Assembly (NCBI GenBank): GCA_030648495.1
Contig: JAUSHV010000030.1
Location: forward strand, 1 to 34,897
DNA: 34,897 bases
Origin: a bacterium
GTDB lineage: Bacteria > Patescibacteriota > Minisyncoccia > UBA11713 > 2-01-FULL-45-33
Direction: 5' to 3'
Each line of letters opens with the position of its first letter. Position 1 is the stretch's first letter. Both the position numbers and the translations under genes were made by a program. The notes below the pieces were generated by a model, which was not told the DNA's origin, searched no databases, and saw only the letters and a program-made list of their open reading frames with translations. Positions 17,901 to 26,164 of this stretch are shown one piece after another.

Positions 17901-18239
17901 TCTCATATAATCAATATTTTCATAGGTCCATTTTTTCGGATTTATCCCGCGCTTAATCGCAGCGTTTTCAGCCGGCAGACCAAACGCGTCAAAACCAATC
18001 GGGAAAAGAACATTTTTTCCTTCCATTCTTTTTTTACGCGCAAAAATATCGGGTATTGGAAAAGCGTACCAATGCCCGGCATGAATATTTCCGGACGGAT
18101 AAGGAAACTCTATTAAAGTATAAAAATTTCCGGCCCTAGGCCGGCCAGCCTTGGGCTGGTCTTTCACTTCATAAATCTTAGATCGCTCCCATTCTTTCTG
18201 CCATTTCTTCTCTATTTTTTTGTGGTCAAAGCTAGGCAT
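15000..18239 (-). CDS. leuS: Leucine-tRNA ligase with inserted HAM1-like domain
   Basis: FPYPSGNIHAGH (HIGH), GFDAFGLPAENAA, TTRPDT and GTGAIMAVPAHD.RD (editing), SRQRYWG.PIP, KMSKS. Confidence 0.96.
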   Translation of the reverse strand: MPSFDHKKIEKKWQKEWERSKIYEVKDQPKAGRPRAGNFYTLIEFPYPSGNIHAGHWYAFPIPDIFARKKRMEGKNVLFPIGFDAFGLPAENAAIKRGINPKKWTYENIDYMRKQLRSMGASFDWSREVITADPEYYKWTQWIFLQFLKKGLAYQAVTAVNWCPKDKTVLANEQVVGGKCERCGSEVVQREMKQWMLKITDYAERLLSGLAKLNWKEEIKEAQRNWIGKSEGAEIEFEITGTPTYSGEVVFASNNQGKLKRMQKLFKAAGLAIKLKSPKEIGIKDFDVLEDGKTLAENSEKKARALAGKTKLSVLADDSGFFIDGAEIDPMMVKRNALNGKDEKSLSVEEIGALMLEYYKKIAAERGGKVDAEWRNSLCLVTSEKFAIHVEARRPVILTDKPHGAMDPSLPLRPLYMSRATGKYVLEQSEDEEMKELLPIIEGIKKLFTPSIKVFTTRPDTLFGATYLVFAPEHPFIAMGNEKSLFENKKEIDEYLKKAKSKTQLERQQGAKEKTGVELKGIKAINPANGEEIPVWVADYVLGGYGTGAIMAVPAHDERDFEFAKKFALPIRKVINPVLQHFLQNADSIASGAPASIAIEAECWEGAGELINSGSFDGMDSAKAKNEITKFVGGKIKTQYKLRDWVVSRQRYWGVPIPVIHCPKCGVQAVQDKDLPVVLPEIKDYLPTGEGKSPLAKAEKWLKVKCPECGGPAKRETDTLDTFVDSSWYFLRYCDPKNADAFADEAKIKAWMPVNLYSGGAEHTTMHLLYSRFWYKAMFDLGLIPKELGDEPYRERRNRGIILGPDGQKMSKSKGNVIDPDEYIKKFGSDTVRMYLAFIGPYGEVGSYPWDPHGILGIKRFLDRVWNLAEASAKKSLAKAQDLQDLAQRDGASRAIPQQRDMRVLANFGAETTESARLVRATNKTIKQVSENIEDFKFNTAISALMILLSDMEKGEGAKVDGVFSIFLKLLSPFAPHLTEEIWNKMRSKSAQGGPASGWKSIHLEKWPEFDPKLLEEDTFELIVQVNGKMRDKFEVPINISQAEAERLTLEREKVKLALDNKKPRKVIFVPKRLINFVV
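15243..15272. repeat. Double-hairpin element in frame in leuS (SAQGGPASGW)
   Basis: CCAGCC-CGA-GGCTGG followed by TCCGCC-TTG-GGCGGA. Confidence 0.8.
15510..15603. repeat. ~94-bp nested inverted-repeat element inside leuS
   Basis: Imperfect arms GGCACCAAAATTTGCAAGGAC ... GGTCTTGCAAATCTTGTGCC; inner hairpin ATCCCGC-TGCT-GCGGGAT. Confidence 0.7.
18130..18159. repeat. Double-hairpin element in frame in leuS (QPKAGRPRAG)
   Basis: CCGGCC-CTA-GGCCGG followed by CCAGCC-TTG-GGCTGG. Confidence 0.8.
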
Positions 18240-18254
18240 AAAACTTTTTAATCT

Positions 18255-19319
18255 TTAAATTTTTAAATTATCCAACTCCTCTTTAGAGAACGCGGCCAAC
18301 CCTTCTGTGACTTTTATAAAAATAGCTAATTTTTCTTCCCGTGACATGTACTGTTCGGGTCCTCCGCTTGGTTTTCCCTCTTTAAGCCAATGCTTAAAAT
18401 ACTCTCCAAAATTCCCCAATTCGGCTATTCTTACCATAACAATATCCTCAACTTGTTTTTTTATATAACTTTCAAAATCTCCTAATTTTTGTTTAGCCTC
18501 AACCATAGAGGCTTCTTTTTTTCTATATTGTGGGCCGTGCCCATGCAACATAGTTGTAAACTGAATACCTACATTGCGTTTGTTTTCTACAAATTCTTTT
18601 CTTGACATATCTTCAGATTCCAAAGCAATTCCGCGTCGCTTTCTCAAAAAAAGCTTAAAGTCATATTTGAGCACGGTATCTTCCAAGGCATTGGCTTTTT
18701 CCACTCTCATCCCCAATTCCTGGTTATTGTATTCCAGTCTTGTCAAAAATTCTGTAATCATTTTTTCGGCCAATACTCCCCCTATTCCAGCCCTTAATTT
18801 CACCGGATTTCTTAGTTCTTTGGTCCTTTTTTCAAGATACTCAACGGGCATGCCCGTAACGTTATGTGCGACTTTGTATGTACTAACAAGCTCGTTGTCA
18901 TAAATTTGCCCTACTTTATTTTTAACTTCATTCACTAACAAAGTTTTAATTATTTTTCTCCGTAAATCTTTAGGAAAATCACCATCCACCCTATATTTGA
19001 CTCCCCAGGCATAATCGCCAATTAAATCTCCTAGAGTAATATCCTTTTTACTGCCTCCCTCATCTTCCACGAATAAATCGCTTGAAGCTTTATTATAATA
19101 AACCGTCCTTCTTTCTCTGTCTTTATCAATTGAAAGATCCTTGCCTGCATCTAAAGCAGAAAAATCTGTATGGAGCTCCGCCATAACTTTTCTTTTTTCC
19201 AATTCAAAATGCTGTGAGGCAGCCCCTAAATCTTTTTCTTCTATTGCAATGCCGCCTTCAAGCCCATGCTCCGGCAAAATTTTTGATTCTCCTATTTCTG
19301 GCCGGCGCGGAGCTTCCAT
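18255..19319 (-). CDS. Hypothetical protein, possibly PD-(D/E)xK-like fold
   Basis: Long ORF with LAEKM, EDTVLKYDF and GIQFT segments. ATG 19319 preferred as start. Confidence 0.7.
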   Translation of the reverse strand: MEAPRRPEIGESKILPEHGLEGGIAIEEKDLGAASQHFELEKRKVMAELHTDFSALDAGKDLSIDKDRERRTVYYNKASSDLFVEDEGGSKKDITLGDLIGDYAWGVKYRVDGDFPKDLRRKIIKTLLVNEVKNKVGQIYDNELVSTYKVAHNVTGMPVEYLEKRTKELRNPVKLRAGIGGVLAEKMITEFLTRLEYNNQELGMRVEKANALEDTVLKYDFKLFLRKRRGIALESEDMSRKEFVENKRNVGIQFTTMLHGHGPQYRKKEASMVEAKQKLGDFESYIKKQVEDIVMVRIAELGNFGEYFKHWLKEGKPSGGPEQYMSREEKLAIFIKVTEGLAAFSKEELDNLKI

Positions 19320-19339
19320 AGAGCTAATTTTAATACATC

Positions 19340-19367
19340 TTGACACATATTTCTATAGAGCTATATT
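19340..19367 (+). promoter_or_regulatory. sigma70-type promoter
   Basis: TTGACA (19340-19345), 16-bp spacer, TATATT (19362-19367). Confidence 0.55.
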
Positions 19368-19399
19368 GAAGCCAGATTTAGCTTGAAAAGGAGAAAAAA

Positions 19400-19624
19400 A
19401 TGCGAAAAGGAATGGGAGTAATCAACGAGATTTTGAATCAGGTTGGGGGACTCCTCGCTAAGGATAAATTTCATCATCTTCACGAACCGACCAAAAAAGA
19501 GATTGTGGATGGTATCGAAAAAATCTTGGAAAAAAATCTTTTGGAGAGAAATTTGCTTCACAATCCGGCTAATCTTCTTGAACAAATGTCCCGGGTCAGC
19601 CAAGGCTGGGACGGCGAGTATTAA
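19400..19624 (+). CDS. Hypothetical protein (74 aa)
   Basis: SD AAGGAG upstream; 9-bp gap to the ALDH gene. Confidence 0.65.
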   Translation: MRKGMGVINEILNQVGGLLAKDKFHHLHEPTKKEIVDGIEKILEKNLLERNLLHNPANLLEQMSRVSQGWDGEY

Positions 19625-19633
19625 GGAGGAAAA

Positions 19634-21235
19634 ATGAAAAGAAACCTAGGAGAAACAAAAGCTAAGGCCGATCATATTATTAATGGCATTAGTGTTTTTT
19701 ATGGAAAAACCGCATTCGAAGTCTACAATCCATCAAATGGAAAAGTCCTTGGTCTTTCTTCGAGTCTATATGAACCAAACCTAGACTACATCGAAGTTGC
19801 TGGGCGTGAAGCACAAAAATGCTGGTTCTATGATGTTGAAGAGCAGGAAAAAGAAACTGTTTTCCGCGCAATAATCAAAAAAATCGAGGAACACCGAGGG
19901 GAGCTTGTGCGGACAATGATCTTGGAAGGCGGAAAACTCTGGCGCTGGGCCGATGCTGAAGTACAAGAAACAATAGATACTTTGTGGCACTACCATGGAG
20001 AGATTTCGCGAAACCACACACATGACGGTTTTGTGCACTGCCAGCTGAAAGACAAAAACGCCTACTCCGTTCGAGTCCCATATGGATTGATTTACGGAAT
20101 TACTCCGTGGAATTTTCCGTTAGCAATTCCTTTCTGGAAAATCTGTGGAGCTCTTGCGGGCGGCAACGCCATTGTTATTAAAGCGGCGGAGCAAACACCA
20201 TTTATCGCATACTATGCCGTAAAACTTGTTTTGGAAGCAATAAAAGAAGTTATTACTGATTCAAGGCAAGTAAAACTCCGTGGATTAGTACAACTTGTAC
20301 AAGGGCTTGGCGAAACGTCAGGCAAACTGCTTTTGGAAAATCTTAACTACGACAAAGTTGCCTTTACCGGTGGAGCTGAAACCGGAAAAATTATTGCTGC
20401 GACCTCTGGTGCGATCCTTAAGCCTTGCCATTTGGAACTCGGCGGACATGCGGCGATGGTTGTACTCGATGATTTTGATATAGACCTTGCAGTAGCAGAA
20501 GCCATCAATGCCAATCTCGGAGACTCAGGCCAACGTTGCGTTTCCGCACGAGCTGTCTTTGTTCAAGAAAATAAGTACAACGAATTTTTTGTTAAATACT
20601 GGGAACGGGCAAAAATGCGCAAGATGGGTAATCCAATGAATTTCGAAACTGAAATGGGACCCCTAATCAGCAAAGAGCAGCTTCTGCACGTAGATAATCA
20701 GATTGAAAAAACCAAAAAAGTCGTAGGAAGAAATCACTGTTATGTGGGAGGAAGAGGCAGGTTAGAAGAAGATTTAAGCAATGGTTATTATTATTCACCA
20801 GTAATTTTCCTAGAAGTTCCATACGGAGTAACCGCTATGGATGAAGAAATTTTTGGTCCTGTGATTGTAATCAATCCATTGCCGGGCAAAAACCGCGAAG
20901 AAGCCTTTTGGAATGGCGTGGAACTGGTTAACAAATCAGCCTATGGGCTTTCCAACGCCTTGCTTACTAACGACAGGCGTCTTTCTTCCCGAGCACCATG
21001 GTATTTTAAAACAGGGCTTTTGTATATTGGAAGAGGCACAACCGGAGCGGAACTCAACAAATATTTTGGCGGAGTAAAAGCTTCTGGATGGGGCAAGGAA
21101 GGCAAAGGACTAGAAGATTGGACGCAAGTCGTACAAGTTTATGACGACTACCACGGCAAAGCCCGTATGGCCCAAGCCGGAGCTGATAAAAAAACAAAAC
21201 GGTTAATTACAAACTCAAGATCTCCTTTAGAATAA
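19634..21235 (+). CDS. Aldehyde dehydrogenase family protein
   Basis: ITPWNFP, FTGG..TG, LELGG (catalytic Glu), GQRCVS (catalytic Cys), EEIFGP, FGGVKASGWGKEG; SD AAGGAGG. Confidence 0.93.
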   Translation: MKRNLGETKAKADHIINGISVFYGKTAFEVYNPSNGKVLGLSSSLYEPNLDYIEVAGREAQKCWFYDVEEQEKETVFRAIIKKIEEHRGELVRTMILEGGKLWRWADAEVQETIDTLWHYHGEISRNHTHDGFVHCQLKDKNAYSVRVPYGLIYGITPWNFPLAIPFWKICGALAGGNAIVIKAAEQTPFIAYYAVKLVLEAIKEVITDSRQVKLRGLVQLVQGLGETSGKLLLENLNYDKVAFTGGAETGKIIAATSGAILKPCHLELGGHAAMVVLDDFDIDLAVAEAINANLGDSGQRCVSARAVFVQENKYNEFFVKYWERAKMRKMGNPMNFETEMGPLISKEQLLHVDNQIEKTKKVVGRNHCYVGGRGRLEEDLSNGYYYSPVIFLEVPYGVTAMDEEIFGPVIVINPLPGKNREEAFWNGVELVNKSAYGLSNALLTNDRRLSSRAPWYFKTGLLYIGRGTTGAELNKYFGGVKASGWGKEGKGLEDWTQVVQVYDDYHGKARMAQAGADKKTKRLITNSRSPLE

Positions 21236-21244
21236 TAGTTTTTT

Positions 21245-21268
21245 AAATACGTATTTAAATACGTATTT
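21245..21268. repeat. Tandem duplicated 12-bp palindrome between convergent genes
   Basis: AAATACGTATTT x2; the whole 24-mer is also palindromic. Confidence 0.7.
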
Positions 21269-21269
21269 T

Positions 21270-22082
21270 TTATTTTAACCCGAAAACCTTTATCGCGTTT
21301 TCTGTTGTAATCCGCGCGACTTCTTCAAAATCTTTGCCTAAAATCCTTCCGATTTTTTTGGCGACTTCCTCAACATACAAAGGTTCGTTGCGCTTGCCAC
21401 GATATGCTTGCGGGGCGACATATGGCGCGTCTGTCTCCAAAACAATTCTTTCCAATGGAATATATTTTACTAATTTTTCATAAGCTCTCGCGAAAGTAAG
21501 GGCCCCGCCGAAAGAAAATAAAAATCCCAAATCCATCAATTCTTTGGCGTCTTCCACGGTTCCGGAAAAAAAATGGATGACGCCAGGGTTATCCAAAAGC
21601 TTATTTTTCTCCTCTTTAAAAATAGATATCAAATCGGCAAAAGCTTTTCCGCTCGACTCCCCTTCCTGCAACTTTCCATGGTCGCGACAATGAATCATCA
21701 GCGGTTTTTTAATTTCAAAAGAAAGTTCAATTTGTTTTTTAAAAACCTCCGCTTGTTGCGCTTTTGTCTCCTCCGTCAAATGATAATAATCCAATCCGCA
21801 CTCGCCTATGGCTACGACTTTGGAGTCCTCAGCTAATTTTTTATAATATTCGTAATCAAAAAAACTTTCCTCGATGGAAACGGGATGAAGCCCCACGGTC
21901 GCAAATATGCCCTCGTAATCATGTGTGGTTTTTATTGCATCCGTTGAAGTATCTTTTTGAACACCAACATTAATCATCCAAATTCCAGCGTCCAGCGCGC
22001 GACGGATGACAGCGTCGCGGTCTTTTCCATATGCGGCGAAATGCGTATGAGTATGAACGTCAATTAATTTTGGTGTATTCAT
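21270..22082 (-). CDS. tatD: TatD family DNase
   Basis: IDVHTH, GLHP, AIGECGLDY, IHCR, IHFF, LETDAPY..P..YRGKRNEP. Confidence 0.94.
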   Translation of the reverse strand: MNTPKLIDVHTHTHFAAYGKDRDAVIRRALDAGIWMINVGVQKDTSTDAIKTTHDYEGIFATVGLHPVSIEESFFDYEYYKKLAEDSKVVAIGECGLDYYHLTEETKAQQAEVFKKQIELSFEIKKPLMIHCRDHGKLQEGESSGKAFADLISIFKEEKNKLLDNPGVIHFFSGTVEDAKELMDLGFLFSFGGALTFARAYEKLVKYIPLERIVLETDAPYVAPQAYRGKRNEPLYVEEVAKKIGRILGKDFEEVARITTENAIKVFGLK

Positions 22083-22090
22083 TTTTTTTC

Positions 22091-22186
22091 AGTAAAATTA
22101 TGCAGCTTCTTCGCTTTCCTCGCCTCGCTGCTGCTCGCTCAGGGTTGCCTGCTGGCAAAACCCGCTCAGAATCTCATAATTTTACT
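22091..22186. repeat. ~96-bp MITE/REP-like inverted-repeat element
   Basis: AGTAAAATTATG ... CATAATTTTACT (perfect 12 bp); internal TCGC repeats and GGGTT-GCC-TGCT-GGC-AAAACCC hairpin. Confidence 0.7.
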
Positions 22187-23753
22187 TCTTCGTTAACCTC
22201 GGAAATAAATGCGGGACTTCTTTTGCTATGAACTTCGTCCATGGTTCTTCTGAAGCCGGGTCCACGCCTAAAGCAACGAGGATTTTGTCCGCAGTCTCCG
22301 GCAAAAACGGCTTTAACATCCATGCCGCGGAGGCTAAAGAATAAGCCAGATGCCAAAGAATTATTTTTACATCTTCAGGCTTATCTTTCATCTTGTAAGG
22401 CTGATAATTTTCAATATATTCATCAAGCCGGTGTAAGAACGCAAAAACTATTTCGCTAGCCGAAGAAATCTCATATTTTTCCATCTCTTTTTTATAGGCT
22501 GGCCAGATAAAGCTATCTGCAAGATGCGAAGGAGAAATTTCTTCAAAAGACGCTTCACCTTCAGGAGTCCCCAAAAAATCTAAATTTTTTCTTATCGGGA
22601 AACGCTGAAGAGAAACATCGTCCGGCTTTGTAATTTCCGGAAAAACAGACATCATCTTTGCCACACGCGCTACGACATTGCCTAGGCCGTTGACCAAAGA
22701 GCCTTCATAAACTCTTTCAAGATTTTCCTCTGTGTAATCGCCGTCGGCAAAAGTGGATATTTCATGAGTTAAATAATATCTAACCGCTTCTTTTCCATAT
22801 TTTTCGAGTAACGGCAAAGGGTCGACGACATTGCCAGTTGATTTCGACATCTTCTCCCCTTTTATGTTTATAAATCCGTGGATGAAAATGACTTGCGGCA
22901 AAGACAACCCGGCAGACATCAGCATTGCCGGCCAAAAAATAGTATGAAATTTGGATATATCTTTCCCGACCATATGAACATCCGCCGACCACCACATAGA
23001 GAACCGCTCCGCATTTCCACGCGGTTCACCGTAGCCAAGAGCAGAAATATAACTTGAAAGGGCATCGCACCACACATACATTGTTTGGGTTGTATCTTCA
23101 GGAACTGGGACGCCCCAAGAAATATCTTTTGAAGGCCTAGAGAAGCTAATATCGCCGATGTCATGTAGCATATTTAAAGTCTCTGTTTTCCGCCAGCCAG
23201 GCAAAATCCGGAATTCATCAGTTTCTATTTTTTTCCTAAGAATATCTTTGTATTTTGTAAGTTTAAAAAAATAATTTTCTTCCTCAATCTGTTCCGGGGC
23301 TTTCTTGTGGTCAACACATATTCCGCCTTTTAAGTCTTTGTCCGTCACAAAGGCTTCGTGTCCCACGCAGTAAAGCCCTTTATAGCGGCTTTTATAAATA
23401 TCTCCTGCTTGATTCAATTTTTGCCATAGCAACCGGGCGCCCGGCCAATGGCGTTTTTGATCAGTTGTTCTGATAAAATCATCATTAGAAATATTTAATT
23501 TCAACAATAGATCTTGAAAAAGTTTTGATTTTTCATCAACAAATTTTTTTGGAGTCTTCCCGGCGGCTTCCGCGGCACGCATGACTTTCGCACCGTGTTC
23601 GTCGGTGCCTGAAAGAAAAAAAACATCTTTCCCGCGGAGCCTTTGGTGCCTGGCAATAACATCCGCCTGCACGGATTCAAGAGCATGCCCCAAATGCGGC
23701 GCGGCATTGAGATAAGGAATGGAAGTGGTTATATAAAATTTTTCTTTTGCCAT
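22182..23753 (-). CDS. metG: Methionine-tRNA ligase
   Basis: FYITTSIPY.N..PHLGH, GTDEHG, YVWCDAL, GKDI.KFH, KMSKS. Start at ATG 23753. Confidence 0.96.
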   Translation of the reverse strand: MAKEKFYITTSIPYLNAAPHLGHALESVQADVIARHQRLRGKDVFFLSGTDEHGAKVMRAAEAAGKTPKKFVDEKSKLFQDLLLKLNISNDDFIRTTDQKRHWPGARLLWQKLNQAGDIYKSRYKGLYCVGHEAFVTDKDLKGGICVDHKKAPEQIEEENYFFKLTKYKDILRKKIETDEFRILPGWRKTETLNMLHDIGDISFSRPSKDISWGVPVPEDTTQTMYVWCDALSSYISALGYGEPRGNAERFSMWWSADVHMVGKDISKFHTIFWPAMLMSAGLSLPQVIFIHGFINIKGEKMSKSTGNVVDPLPLLEKYGKEAVRYYLTHEISTFADGDYTEENLERVYEGSLVNGLGNVVARVAKMMSVFPEITKPDDVSLQRFPIRKNLDFLGTPEGEASFEEISPSHLADSFIWPAYKKEMEKYEISSASEIVFAFLHRLDEYIENYQPYKMKDKPEDVKIILWHLAYSLASAAWMLKPFLPETADKILVALGVDPASEEPWTKFIAKEVPHLFPRLTKK

Positions 23754-23754
23754 T

Positions 23755-24798
23755 TTAGAGTTTCGGTTGTTTACGCAAGGCAACGTCATTTAAATATTCA
23801 ACCAAGACGGCGGCAACCGGCACCGAAAGAATTACTCCGACAACTCCTCCAAGCTCCGCCCCGACAACAATGGAAATGATCGCGAGTAGGGGCGGAACAC
23901 CCACGGTTTTTCTAACAACCAAAGGATATATCAAATGATTCTCGAACTGCTGGACTAAAACATAAAGAAGCAGGACCAACAAACCCAAAAGCGGACTTTG
24001 TATCCAGGCAATGGCAACCGCCGGTAAAGCGGCCATTATTGGCCCGAATACGGGGATTATCTCAAATACTGCGGTAAGGATTGCAAGCAAGATTGCGTAC
24101 TTAACGTCCAAAATGGTAAGCCCTAAAAATACGATGACTCCGACGAGCACGCCAAGAAGTATCTGTCCCTGAAGCCATCGGCCTATTTTTCTTTGGGAAC
24201 GCTGCCAGAGGTCCAAAATATATTCTTCATGTTTCAAGGGCGTAACAATGCGCAAAAAATTCTCTATCCCATGTTCCTGCACTGAAAGATAAAATGAGAT
24301 GACTATTAAAAGAATGAAAGATATGACTCCACCAAAAAATGACGCGCTCACGGAAAAAACACCGCGAGAAAACGTCGATACTTGGGATTCCAACGAGGTT
24401 GCGATGCCTTTAATTATATCGTTGAACGCCAATGGAGCGCCGGGGAAAAACGTATATATCGGGCCCTTTGGTCCCAAAGTGTCTTCTATATAATTCGGCA
24501 AACCGTTAATAAATCCGATAATATCTCCCAAGAGTGGCGGGATAACCAGATAAATTATCATTGAAAAAAACGCGAAAGCGCCAAGATAAATAAAAATGAC
24601 GCCCAAAACCCGTGGTATGCCAAAACGCTTAAACCAATGGTTCAACGGTTCAATGGAAGACGCGATGACAATAGAGATTAAAATAACCACCACTATATCT
24701 CGCAGCAGCCAGGTCACCCACAACAAAATTACCAAAAATGCCGCTTTCAGCATTGTTGAAAAGGAAATTTCTATTAGTTGTTGTTCTCTTCCCGGCAT
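23755..24798 (-). CDS. AI-2E (PerM/UPF0118) family transporter
   Basis: Multiple transmembrane helices; IPVFGP, VQQFENHLIYP, GVVGVILSVP. Confidence 0.9.
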   Translation of the reverse strand: MPGREQQLIEISFSTMLKAAFLVILLWVTWLLRDIVVVILISIVIASSIEPLNHWFKRFGIPRVLGVIFIYLGAFAFFSMIIYLVIPPLLGDIIGFINGLPNYIEDTLGPKGPIYTFFPGAPLAFNDIIKGIATSLESQVSTFSRGVFSVSASFFGGVISFILLIVISFYLSVQEHGIENFLRIVTPLKHEEYILDLWQRSQRKIGRWLQGQILLGVLVGVIVFLGLTILDVKYAILLAILTAVFEIIPVFGPIMAALPAVAIAWIQSPLLGLLVLLLYVLVQQFENHLIYPLVVRKTVGVPPLLAIISIVVGAELGGVVGVILSVPVAAVLVEYLNDVALRKQPKL

Positions 24799-26064
24799 TT
24801 AAATTTGCTTTAATATTTTTAAAAAACCTGCGTTCGACTGTTCCCTACCGACTACTGCGAGTGCTGAGCGCGAGGGTTGAAAAAGTTCCCGTGCTAATAA
24901 TTTTATTTCTGAAGAAGAAACGCCGTCCAATTTTCTCAAATTTTCTTCCGGAGTCATGATTTTCTTACCGAAAATCACCTGCTCACCGAAATAAGATGCG
25001 AGAGAGCTCGAACTCTCAAGCGATATTTTGGTGGATCCACGAATATAATCTTTAGCTCTCTTCAATTCTACAGCAGTAACGCCGTCGGTTTTAATCTTTT
25101 GAAGCTCGTGCACAATAACATCCAGCGCAGTTTCAGTTTTGTCATGCGGAACCCCGGCACTTATCTCAAAGTATCCGCTACCGGCATAAAGCGTTGAGCC
25201 GGCGCCGATATAATACGCAAGCCCCAGCTTTTCACGGACTTCCGTAAAAAGCCTTGAAGAAACATTCCCGCCCAAAACTACGCCGATCATGGAGAGAACG
25301 AACCGCTTCGGATGATACATATTATAACCCTCCAACCCCAAAACCAAATTTGAGCTTTCAACTTCTTTATTTTCCACAAGCACTTTTGCGCCAGTACCCA
25401 AGCTTTTTGTCGGCGCTCCCGACCTTGCCTTTCCCTTTTTTAAAGTTTTAAATTCATGTTCTATCTTTTTTTCGGCGTCTGGCGGGTATGCGCCGGCGAC
25501 CACGACAACGGCGTTAGAAGCAACATATTGCGAATAAAAATAATCCAGGAAGTCTTTGCGCTTGAAAGAATTTACCGTCTTCTCATCTCCGGCTATTTCC
25601 CAGCCGGCCGGCTGATCGCCCCAAAGAAGCTGTTCAAAGATATTCGCGGTTCTCGAAACCGGGTCGTCGTTCCGCATTCTTATTTCCTGTATTACAACGC
25701 CTTTTTCCTTTTCTATTTCCTCGGCTGAAAGTAAAGGCCCGGTTAAAATATCTGAAACAATGTCCAAACTTTTATCAAAATATTCTTTTGCAGCTTTTAC
25801 ATAATAGCCGGTTATTTCTTTAGACGTGAAAGCATTATGCTGGGCGCCGATAGAGTCCAATTCCCTGTGTACTTGCCCGGGCTCGGGGCGGTCTTTGGTG
25901 CCTTTAAAAAACATATGTTCCAAAAAATGTGATATGCCGTTTATTCTTTTTGTCTCATATTGCGAACCGGTGCCGACTAAAACAAGAAGCGTAAAAATTT
26001 CCGTATTCTTCATCGGAATCGTCAGAATTTTCAATCCTGAAGATAATTTTTTGAGCTTATACAT
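24799..26064 (-). CDS. M16 (pitrilysin) family zinc peptidase
   Basis: GISHFLEHMFFKGT (HxxEH), NAFTS, SSRLFTEVREKLGLAY. Confidence 0.95.
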   Translation of the reverse strand: MYKLKKLSSGLKILTIPMKNTEIFTLLVLVGTGSQYETKRINGISHFLEHMFFKGTKDRPEPGQVHRELDSIGAQHNAFTSKEITGYYVKAAKEYFDKSLDIVSDILTGPLLSAEEIEKEKGVVIQEIRMRNDDPVSRTANIFEQLLWGDQPAGWEIAGDEKTVNSFKRKDFLDYFYSQYVASNAVVVVAGAYPPDAEKKIEHEFKTLKKGKARSGAPTKSLGTGAKVLVENKEVESSNLVLGLEGYNMYHPKRFVLSMIGVVLGGNVSSRLFTEVREKLGLAYYIGAGSTLYAGSGYFEISAGVPHDKTETALDVIVHELQKIKTDGVTAVELKRAKDYIRGSTKISLESSSSLASYFGEQVIFGKKIMTPEENLRKLDGVSSSEIKLLARELFQPSRSALAVVGREQSNAGFLKILKQI

Positions 26065-26114
26065 TTAAACTCACTTTAACACTATTTATTTAAAATAAAA
26101 AGGACCAAAGATAG

Positions 26115-26148
26115 ACAAAAACAACCCGTATGTGCGGGCTGTTTTTGT
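26115..26148. terminator. Terminator-like hairpin after the AIPR gene
   Basis: ACAAAAACAACCCGTA-TG-TGCGGGCTGTTTTTGT, a long imperfect stem. Confidence 0.6.
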
Positions 26149-26164
26149 TTTGTCGAATAATACT

